NCBI GenBank assembly: GCA_963977015.1
Contig: CAXBMO010000034.1
Coordinates: forward strand, 1-55,900
Source: an uncultured bacterium
GTDB lineage: Bacteria; Verrucomicrobiota; Verrucomicrobiia; Verrucomicrobiales; DEV007
Reading direction: 5' to 3'
Length of the DNA: 55,900 bases
Part shown: piece by piece, positions 18,293-25,970 of the stretch
How positions within the stretch are numbered: position 1 is the first letter of the stretch
Layout of the letters: each line of letters starts with the position of its first letter
Translations under genes and position numbers: made by a program
Notes under the pieces: generated by a model
Database searches by the model: none
Seen by the model: only the letters and a program-made list of their open reading frames with translations
Told to the model about the DNA's origin: nothing

Positions 18293-21193
18293 TTACGGAG
18301 CAGTCTTGAGCGTCAACCGGAACACGGTGCCGGTTCCTTCTTTGCTCTCGACTTCCAATTTGCCCCCGTTCAGTTCTGCATAGCGCCGGGAAATGGCGAG
18401 CCCGAGTCCAATCCCCCTGGTTTTGGTGGTGAAAAGCGGATCAAAGACCTTTTGAAGATTTTCTTTGGTAATACCATCGCCCGTATCGCGGATCTCCGTG
18501 CACACCATCCCGTTGGACTGTCTTACGGTAAGGGTTATACGACCGCCTTCCGGCATGGCTTGAACCGCATTTTGCAGCAGGTTGATGAGGATTCGCGTGA
18601 TTTGGCCGGGGTTGGCCCACACCGGGCTGGAGCTTGCGCCCGAGATGGTCACGGCAACGTTTTCCGGGGGATTGGCCAGTTTCAAGCCGCGCTCGATGGC
18701 ATGGCGGATGGGGAACGTGTTGTATTCCCTGACTGGTTCGCGCACGTAGTCGAGCAGTTCGGAGATGATGTGATCCGTGCTGGAGATGGCGCGATTCATT
18801 TCACCCATCAGATTGGGGATCTCTTCGTCGTGGGTGGGGTCTTCGGTGCTTTCCAGGTAGTGGACCGCGTTGCGAATGACGCCAAGCGGGGTGCGCATTT
18901 CGTGCGCCACCCCGGCGGCCAGTTGGCCCAAAGTCGCCAGGCGCTCAGCCTTCAGCAGTTCCGCCTGCGCTTCTTCCAGGCCCAGGGTGCGCTCTTCGAC
19001 CATTTGCTCCAGTTCTTCCTCGTAGCGCTTTTGTCGGGTGACGTCCCGCAGGATTCCGGTGTAGAGCCCCAGGTGATCCACCTCGCTGACGGAAAGCGAG
19101 ACCGGGAAGGTGGAGCCGTCCTTGCGCCGGGCCGGGACTTCGCGACCGATTCCGATGATGTGTTTCTCCCCAGTCTCGTGATAGTGTTTCAAGTATCCGT
19201 CATGCTCGCTGTGGTAGGGCTCCGGCATGAGTATTTTCACGTTTTGTCCGACCAGTTCGTCCGCGTGGTAGCCAAGCATGGTCTCGGTTGCCGGATTGAC
19301 CGAAACGATGATTCCGTCGCAGTCGATGGTAATGATGGCATCGGCCGCCGTGTTGAGGATGGTCCGCAGTCGCTCCTCGCGTTCGCGCATGGCATGCTCA
19401 GCCTTGACCCGTTCGGTGATGTCAGTGTGGGAAACGACGAGTCCGTCGTGATCCTGAACCAACCGGGTGGCTTGGAGGAGAAACCAGCGTTGTTGCGTTG
19501 GGGAATGGCACGGATATTCCAAGGTAAAGCAATCGCGGATTGAACCGCTCAAAATGGCTTCGAGTCCGGTGACCACTTCCGCAGCCTGCTTGCAGCCTTG
19601 CTCGGCGGCTTTTCGGCAAACCTCCAGATAGTTGACGCCAGTGCTGCAGTGCAGGGGATCCCCTCCATTTTCAGCGGCGAATTGCTCCCAGGCCGGGTTC
19701 ACTGTAACGATTGTGCCGGAGTGATCGAGCACGGCGATGTGAGCGGGAATGGACGCGAGGATGGAGCGGAGCCACTGTTCTTTGTCGCTCAGTGCGCTTT
19801 CAAACAGCTTTCGTTCCGTGACGTCGTGTCCGATGGAGAGCAGGGCGGTAAATTCTCCGGCGGAGTCGATCAGCTCGGCATCGTGCCACTCGATGTCTCG
19901 TACTTCGCCGGTTTTGGTGACGATGGGATTGACGTTGCCGCGTGTCGGCTTGCCCTGGATGGCGCTCTTAAATTTGGCGCGGACGCGTTTCCGGTCGCGT
20001 TTGGGGACAAAAGTCTCGAACCAGTTTTTGCCCTGCACGTCTTCCTGCTTTCGACCGCACAGTTCCTCCAGAAAGGGATTGAAGCGCAAAATACGCCCCT
20101 TGCGGTCCAGCAGGACGATGATGGCCTGTGCAGTCTCGATGATCCCGCGATTCAACTCATGCTCAGCCGCCAACTCGGCGGTCCGCGCCTCCACCTCGCA
20201 TTCCAGGTTCTCGTTAAGTTTTTGCAGTTCCTCTTCGGCCTGTTTTCGTTCGGTGATGTCCACGGCGGAGGGGACCAGATACGTGATCTCACCGCGATCG
20301 TTAAAGAACGGTGAGATTTGGAAGTCAATCGGCATCCGGCCGTCCCCGGCAACGCGGGCGACCAGGTCGCAACGGATGAGCTCTCCCCGGGCGGCCCGTT
20401 CGCAGATCTCGCGTAGTTGATCCTGAACCTCCTTGGAATAATTCCACCAGAAGCAGTCCCAGAATTTCTTGCCGTAGACGTCTTCCATTTTGATTCCCGC
20501 AACCTCCAGCGGTGCCTCGTTGGCTTCGATCACGGTGCCGTCCGGCGTCAGCATTCCGGCGAAGGTGAAGAGGTTGTTGAGGAAATCGCGGGAGAATCGC
20601 TCACTTGCAGCCAGTTCATCCTCGGCTTGTTTGCGCGCGGAAATGTCGATCAGTGCGGTGCGGCAATGCGGCTCGGGTTCGGTCGGGACCGCGATACTTT
20701 TTACGTAAATGGTGCGCGGGTCGTCGCCGGAGGGATTGATCGTTACCTCGCAAGTCTGTTTCGAGTCGCTGGAAAAGACCGCCCGTTTGTGCAAAAACCA
20801 TTCGTCCTGTGAACCGGCGGCGATGAAGTCGGCAAGATTTTGGCCCAACAGGGAGCGGCGCTCGGTGCCAAGCAAGGTGGCGGCGGCGAGGTTGGCGTCC
20901 AGGATTCGGCTGACTTTGTCCAACGTGACGTAGCTCACCGGCGCAAACTCGTATAGGTCCGCGTAGCGGTCGCGCGCTACGGACAGTTCCATCTGAGCCT
21001 CGCGAAGTTCCTGATTCTGAATCTCCAACTCCATCTGGTGAACCTGGAGTTCGTGAACCAGCTGCTGGACCTCCTTTGCCTCCATTTTGCTGACGTCGGT
21101 TCGGGTTTTCCCCAGGATCTCCTCGGCCCGCTGGCGGAGAGCTTTCGGAGTGCTCTTTTCTTTTTGGTCGGGGGCTGAATCGTTGGTTGCCAT
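18293..21193 (-). CDS. Multi-PAS sensor histidine kinase with FixL-type heme-PAS domain
   Basis: Five PAS domains; last one is LMPEPYHSEHDGYL.HY.ETGEKHIIGIGREV..RRKDGSTFP (FixL signature); AHEMRTPL, NLLQNA, DTGDG, FTTK, GLGL. Confidence 0.92.
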   Translation of the reverse strand: MATNDSAPDQKEKSTPKALRQRAEEILGKTRTDVSKMEAKEVQQLVHELQVHQMELEIQNQELREAQMELSVARDRYADLYEFAPVSYVTLDKVSRILDANLAAATLLGTERRSLLGQNLADFIAAGSQDEWFLHKRAVFSSDSKQTCEVTINPSGDDPRTIYVKSIAVPTEPEPHCRTALIDISARKQAEDELAASERFSRDFLNNLFTFAGMLTPDGTVIEANEAPLEVAGIKMEDVYGKKFWDCFWWNYSKEVQDQLREICERAARGELIRCDLVARVAGDGRMPIDFQISPFFNDRGEITYLVPSAVDITERKQAEEELQKLNENLECEVEARTAELAAEHELNRGIIETAQAIIVLLDRKGRILRFNPFLEELCGRKQEDVQGKNWFETFVPKRDRKRVRAKFKSAIQGKPTRGNVNPIVTKTGEVRDIEWHDAELIDSAGEFTALLSIGHDVTERKLFESALSDKEQWLRSILASIPAHIAVLDHSGTIVTVNPAWEQFAAENGGDPLHCSTGVNYLEVCRKAAEQGCKQAAEVVTGLEAILSGSIRDCFTLEYPCHSPTQQRWFLLQATRLVQDHDGLVVSHTDITERVKAEHAMREREERLRTILNTAADAIITIDCDGIIVSVNPATETMLGYHADELVGQNVKILMPEPYHSEHDGYLKHYHETGEKHIIGIGREVPARRKDGSTFPVSLSVSEVDHLGLYTGILRDVTRQKRYEEELEQMVEERTLGLEEAQAELLKAERLATLGQLAAGVAHEMRTPLGVIRNAVHYLESTEDPTHDEEIPNLMGEMNRAISSTDHIISELLDYVREPVREYNTFPIRHAIERGLKLANPPENVAVTISGASSSPVWANPGQITRILINLLQNAVQAMPEGGRITLTVRQSNGMVCTEIRDTGDGITKENLQKVFDPLFTTKTRGIGLGLAISRRYAELNGGKLEVESKEGTGTVFRLTLKTAP

Positions 21194-21329
21194 GGTTACC
21201 TCACGAACGAATCACAATGATGGCTGAAAGAATCGGGAACCTGCGGCCTTGGAGTGCTTGACCCATCGGCGGGGAACGTTGCCGGCTCACGCGCGTCATT
21301 CCCGGTTCGACGTTGGAAGCAACACCGCT

Positions 21330-22016
21330 TCATGTGGCGTCACCTCGAGGCTTGAAGTTCACCACTGCAAAGTGTGCCAGTTCGCTCAGGTTGTTCATGC
21401 CCAGCGTCTTTTTCATGCGCGAACGCTGAACGTGAACTGTCGGCTCGCTGATGCCGAGTCGCTTGGCGATCTCGCTCGCGTTGAGGCCGATTCCCATCAG
21501 TTCCAGAATCTGCACCTGTCGGTCGGGTAGGCAGTCGATACCTTGTTGGTCATGGGAGGGAGGGTTGCGGCGTTTCAACTGCTCGAGGCGGTCCCGAACG
21601 GGCTCGCTCGCATAAAGTTTGCCCTCCGCCACGGCTCGCAACGCCTTGAGGACCAGGGCGGATTTCAGGTTCTTCATGATGTAGCCATTGGCTCCCGCCT
21701 GGAGAATCCGAACCGCGTAGTGGGAATCATCGTGCATGGTGAGGACGAGGATCGCCCCGCCGAAGCCGGCCGCCCGCACCGCTTTGGTGATATCGAGCCC
21801 GCTGCCGTCCGGCAACGTAATATCCAGAATCACCACGTCCGGTGCCGCTGCGAGGATCCGTTCGACGGCGGATTCGGCCCGATCGTGCTCGCCGCAGATC
21901 TTGAAATCCGGCTCCTGTTCGATGAACACCTTGAGACCGGATCGCAGAAAATCGTGATCATCAAGGAGGAAGACTCTTCGTTCCTTGATCCCGGTTGGTT
22001 TTGACTTGACTGACAT
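21330..22016 (-). CDS. NarL/LuxR-family response regulator
   Basis: LLDDH, ILDITLP, GYIMK, C-terminal HTH. Confidence 0.93.
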   Translation of the reverse strand: MSVKSKPTGIKERRVFLLDDHDFLRSGLKVFIEQEPDFKICGEHDRAESAVERILAAAPDVVILDITLPDGSGLDITKAVRAAGFGGAILVLTMHDDSHYAVRILQAGANGYIMKNLKSALVLKALRAVAEGKLYASEPVRDRLEQLKRRNPPSHDQQGIDCLPDRQVQILELMGIGLNASEIAKRLGISEPTVHVQRSRMKKTLGMNNLSELAHFAVVNFKPRGDAT

Positions 22017-22037
22017 CGCTTGCCCGCTCCTGACACT

Positions 22038-23210
22038 TCACTTGAAGCAGACTACCGTAGTTCCTGCTTCGGCGCCATTGAGAAATTGCAGGGTCCAACC
22101 AATGCTGCGGGCACGGTGTTCCATGATTCGCAGTCCCAGTCCCCCGCCGTTCGCTTTTTCCCGCTCAAAGCCAGAGCCGTTGTCGCAAACGCTCAACGCC
22201 ACCCGGTCGTCGCTTGCTTCCAACCAAATTTTGACTTCATCAGCCCCGCTGTGGTGGATCGCATTGTGAACTGCTTCCTGCGCGATTCGGAAGAGGTGAT
22301 TGGCGGTCTCGTCATTCGGGAGCTGGAACGCATTCTCCGAGATCGAAATCTGGCATTTGACCGCCGGAGACAGCCCTTCCAAGCTCCGCAACGCTTCGCA
22401 AAACTGGGCCTGGTCGCTCCCGACCGGATACAAGCTGAAGGAGAGATCCTTCGTCAAGCTGACGGCTTCGCCGACTTTGCCGACGATCGCTTCCAGGTTC
22501 GCGGCTTCCTCCAGTTCATCTTGCCGGAGGCGATTGGCCATCGCGGTCAGGTGCAAGTCGATTCCTTTGAGCAGGGAACCCAGATCGTCGTGGAGACGCT
22601 CCGCAATGCGCGCCTTCTCCGCCTCGCTGGCCTGGTGCGACCGTTGTTCCAACTGCAACTCCCGTGCCTGCCGTTCCGCCGTGATGTCCGAAAGCGCGAT
22701 GCGGCAGACGTTGTCTCCCTTCAAAACCACAGTTTCCAGGCGAACGATCGTCGGCTCTTCTCTCGTGTTTAGAATAAAGTCGCCAGACTGCTTTTCGCCC
22801 GTGGAAAACGCCGCCTTCAAATGCTGGTTGAAAGACGTTCGGTCTTCCAGCGCCAGGAAAACCGCAAATCGGTTCCCGGACAGCTTTTTGCGTTCGATAT
22901 CCAGGATTTTGGACGCGGTCATGTTGACCTCACGGATTTTTCCGTCCGCCAGGGTGGTGAGAAATCCGACCGGCGCGAAGTCGATGAGATCGGCAAGGCG
23001 ATCCCGTGCATGGGCCAATTCCGCCTGGGCATTCAGCAATTCCTCGTTTTGAACTTCCAGTTCCGTCTGGTGAACCTGAAGTTCGTAAACCAGCTTGCGG
23101 ATTCCCTGCTTGGACATCTTGGCGATGTCGTCCCCGGTGAACTTCGTCAGACCTTCCGCGCGTGTTCGCAGATTGCCAGGCGTTGTTGGCTGGGGTTCGG
23201 AAGGTGGCAT
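22038..23210 (-). CDS. PAS sensor histidine kinase (HisKA_3)
   Basis: ELQVHQTELEVQNEEL coiled coil, PAS, EKARIAERLHDDLG, QEAVHNAIHHS, DNGSG. Confidence 0.9.
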   Translation of the reverse strand: MPPSEPQPTTPGNLRTRAEGLTKFTGDDIAKMSKQGIRKLVYELQVHQTELEVQNEELLNAQAELAHARDRLADLIDFAPVGFLTTLADGKIREVNMTASKILDIERKKLSGNRFAVFLALEDRTSFNQHLKAAFSTGEKQSGDFILNTREEPTIVRLETVVLKGDNVCRIALSDITAERQARELQLEQRSHQASEAEKARIAERLHDDLGSLLKGIDLHLTAMANRLRQDELEEAANLEAIVGKVGEAVSLTKDLSFSLYPVGSDQAQFCEALRSLEGLSPAVKCQISISENAFQLPNDETANHLFRIAQEAVHNAIHHSGADEVKIWLEASDDRVALSVCDNGSGFEREKANGGGLGLRIMEHRARSIGWTLQFLNGAEAGTTVVCFK

Positions 23211-23261
23211 CGGTAGGTGATTAGCAATCAACGCTGCGGCCCCGCCGGTGTCCAGATATTA

Positions 23262-23464
23262 GGGCGCGTTTGAAAATGAGGTCGAGACGCGCTGCGAGTG
23301 ATTTTGTCGACTGGGAATGATGGCTCGGGGCGGCGATGAGCCTTCTCACAAAGCCCCGAACAGCATTTCCAGTCGGGAAAAGCGCCGCATCTCAAGATCA
23401 CGCGAAGCCAATCTTCAGAAAAGAGGAACAACTTGCGCGTCCGTCATCATTTTAAAACGCGCCC
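23262..23464. mobile_element. 203-bp MITE-like element with 18-bp terminal inverted repeats, flanked by TA
   Basis: Left GGGCGCGTTTGAAAATGA, right TCATTTTAAAACGCGCCC (17/18 match); TA at 23260-61 and 23465-66; internal inverted repeats; no transposase. Confidence 0.7.
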
Positions 23465-23700
23465 TAGGGAGCTCTTCTCATGCCGGGCACCAAGTGCATC
23501 GCCTGAAAAACAAAAACCGGAAGCAAACGTTGGGTTGGGCCGGGTTGTTGAGGCAGGCCTGCGCAGGAACCTGAAAAAAAAAGAAATGTGGGACCTTCGG
23601 CTGGCAATAGGAGGCAGGTTGGGCAGGAGGTGCCGAGCACCGAAGGTCCCCGCTTCAGGAAACCTGAAGCTCGTTGGGAACCAAACAGACCGAATGCTGG

Positions 23701-23721
23701 TTGTAAAGAAATTCTTTACAA
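23701..23721. promoter_or_regulatory. Perfect 10-1-10 palindrome, candidate transcription-factor operator
   Basis: TTGTAAAGAA-A-TTCTTTACAA. Confidence 0.5.
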
Positions 23722-24013
23722 AAGGGGGTGTTCAAGAACTGGACGGGTGGTCGAAAGATCTGGTCTTTGATTGGAAATCGGCTTGGCATCGCCAAAGAGG
23801 TCGGGCGCTTTTTCAAGCTGAAACCGGGGACTCAGCCCCTCCCTTTTTGGCGGGGTTCGGAGCCTTGTCCAATTCTTTTGGCCATGCTGGGTGGATTCGC
23901 GTCAATTCTTGCAAACCAACCGGTAAAAGTCATGGGGAATTCAGGGAGAGACTTCGATTTGAAGCCACCCAAAACTCGAAATTGCCACGACGCTTACGGT
24001 GAGAGCGGCCGGG

Positions 24014-24565
24014 TTACGGATCCATCGATTGAAGCGACCTGAGAAACGAGAAATTTCGCATCGCTTCCTCCAACTCAGACTCCACCGCTCCCCAAAGCAG
24101 GTCCACTCGGGCCCGCTTCGCGATTTCCTGAACGAAGCGATGAAAATCGGCCTCCTCCGGTAGGACGGGGGTGGAGTGCTGGTGAAAGTCACGCACCATC
24201 CTGGGAATTTGATCTTCGTCCAATCGCCCGATGGTGCGCAAGACCGCCAATCCACCTTCATCTCTCCGGCGCAGGGTGGACCATTGCTTCAGCCAGGTTT
24301 TCAGTCTGGCGGGAGGCGGACGCCGGGTATCTTTCGGGGCAAGAATCAGCAAATCCGCCAAACAGGCATCGCCTTGCAGGTTGTTTCCCCGGCGATTCGA
24401 CGCCAAATCTCGAAAGTTGGCTTCCTCGATGGAGAAGCTGGTCCGTTGGACTCTTCCTTCGATTTCGCTGCAAAGATCCAGAGCTTTGTAGGCCATCTCC
24501 GGATTTTCCCAGAGGACCAACGTCCGTGTCTCAATCACTTTCTTTCTGGGTTCGTGGACAAACAT
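24014..24565 (-). CDS. Conserved hypothetical protein with alpha/beta pattern
   Basis: TLVLWEN...ADLLIL...P..LKTWLKQW...GLAVL...FVQEIAKRARVDL; start 24565 or 24577. Confidence 0.6.
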   Translation of the reverse strand: MFVHEPRKKVIETRTLVLWENPEMAYKALDLCSEIEGRVQRTSFSIEEANFRDLASNRRGNNLQGDACLADLLILAPKDTRRPPPARLKTWLKQWSTLRRRDEGGLAVLRTIGRLDEDQIPRMVRDFHQHSTPVLPEEADFHRFVQEIAKRARVDLLWGAVESELEEAMRNFSFLRSLQSMDP

Positions 24566-24630
24566 TGCGCTCCCCAATCGTTACCCTGACTTGAAAAGGT
24601 CGGCTATTCGGAATGAGGACAAGTCGTGGA

Positions 24631-24645
24631 TAATGGGGTTTCGTA
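24631..24645 (-). promoter_or_regulatory. Degenerate motif copy (minus: TACGaaaccccATTA)
   Basis: About 55-65 bp upstream of the 24014..24565 gene. Confidence 0.4.
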
Positions 24646-24703
24646 CTCCCCTTAAGCTCTACACCGCTTTCCCCTCGTCTGATCCCATTCGGCGGCAGGG
24701 GCA

Positions 24704-25144
24704 TCAGCCAATTTCCCGCGAACTCATCGGATCCTCGAAGGCTGGTTCCTTCGGCTGCACGCCGTGGGACAGGATCCGGGTGAAATCCTCAATGGCCCGC
24801 TTTTCGTCCTGCGACAACGCCTTCCCTCGTTCCGCAAATTTCTTCTGAATCAAATTGCCAGTTGCCTCTTTGATGAGTCCCTCCAGATCGTTTACCTTTT
24901 CAAAGCGAAGCCGGACGGTATGGGTATTCTCGGCGGAAAGGTTTTCCCGCGCGTCCGCCACCCGAATCGACATCCCTCCTCTGGCATCGGTACACGCCGC
25001 GACTTTCACTTCCAGGGTGCATTTCTTCAGATGAAGGAAGGCTTCCTCGGTTTCATGGTCGCTTTGGTAGTGGTGGAGTTCAGTCTCTACAGTTTCGATG
25101 AATTGAGTAAGGCCAATGCCTTCCTGATCCTTTGTGGTGTGCAT
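24704..25144 (-). CDS. Trypco2-like (trypsin co-occurring domain 2) protein
   Basis: IGLTQFIETVETEL...FLHLKKCTLEVKVA....GG...V......THTVRLRF pattern. Confidence 0.65.
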   Translation of the reverse strand: MHTTKDQEGIGLTQFIETVETELHHYQSDHETEEAFLHLKKCTLEVKVAACTDARGGMSIRVADARENLSAENTHTVRLRFEKVNDLEGLIKEATGNLIQKKFAERGKALSQDEKRAIEDFTRILSHGVQPKEPAFEDPMSSREIG

Positions 25145-25238
25145 GGGGTTTGTTCTGGGAATTGGGATGATTGTAATAAGGCAAAGAAGGTTGCCTGCAC
25201 TTTGGCTTGGGGCGATCCGTGCATTGCAAAGAAGCGCT

Positions 25239-25253
25239 TAGGAATCAGCCGTA
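25239..25253 (-). promoter_or_regulatory. TACG-N7-CCTA motif (minus: TACGgctgattCCTA)
   Basis: Exact consensus copy 94 bp upstream of the Trypco2 gene. Confidence 0.55.
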
Positions 25254-25422
25254 CTGGTCGTAAGCGAAAACACCTATTCAGAATCTCCGTTGGAACGAAT
25301 CCCGCGGAGGATGGCTGGAGCGGTTCTACTAAATCTTTGTAGTCCACTTCGTAGATTTCATGATCGCGCCGTTGTTGCCGTGGCCCATTTCCGGTGCGGC
25401 CTGGGCTCGTTATGCTGCTTGC

Positions 25423-25878
25423 ATGAAAGCCGGGTATTCCATGTTGTTCCTTCTCCTTACTTCCTCGCTCCTCATCAGTTGTGCGCCGGAGCCGAAATCC
25501 GGCAAGGGGCTGGTTCTGCCGGAAGGCGACTCCGAACAAGGGAAGCAGGCGTTTGTTGATCTGAAATGTCACCGCTGCCATTCCGTCGCCGGCATCGAAC
25601 TTTCCGAATTTGAAGGAGGCTGGGAGGATCCCCTTCGCCTCGGCGGTGAAATCGTCAGGGTGAAGACCTATGGCGATTTGATCACCGCGATCGTGTATCC
25701 TGATCACGCGATTTCCGAGGAGTACCGGAAACGGTTCGAATCCGGCGCTCCCGAACTCTCGCCCATGTCCGTCATCATCGATGAGATGTCGGTGAGACAG
25801 TTGATCGACATCGTGACATTCCTGCATTCCCGCTACATCAAACTGGAGCCGGATTACAATTACGAATTCAACTATTAG
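25423..25878 (+). CDS. Monoheme c-type cytochrome lipoprotein
   Basis: Lipobox LISC, PEGD..QGK.AF, CHRCH, distal Met in SPM. Confidence 0.85.
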   Translation: MKAGYSMLFLLLTSSLLISCAPEPKSGKGLVLPEGDSEQGKQAFVDLKCHRCHSVAGIELSEFEGGWEDPLRLGGEIVRVKTYGDLITAIVYPDHAISEEYRKRFESGAPELSPMSVIIDEMSVRQLIDIVTFLHSRYIKLEPDYNYEFNY

Positions 25879-25970
25879 GATTGAAACCTGAGCGGGACTT
25901 CATCCGGTCAACTGCAGACCAACGAAGCTTCGGCAGGTTGAGGTCGTCGCCTCATCGCGCGCCGGGCCGC

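Noticed and set aside
18271-18297. Further regulon-like sites (CGTAAGAAATGTTACG here; GTAAG-N8-CCTA at 25260)
   Set aside because: Spacing or half-sites deviate too far from the consensus to count.
23433-24002. 189-aa ORF in the intergenic region
   Set aside because: It starts inside the MITE, has no recognisable motifs and spans a palindrome and an A-tract; likely non-coding.
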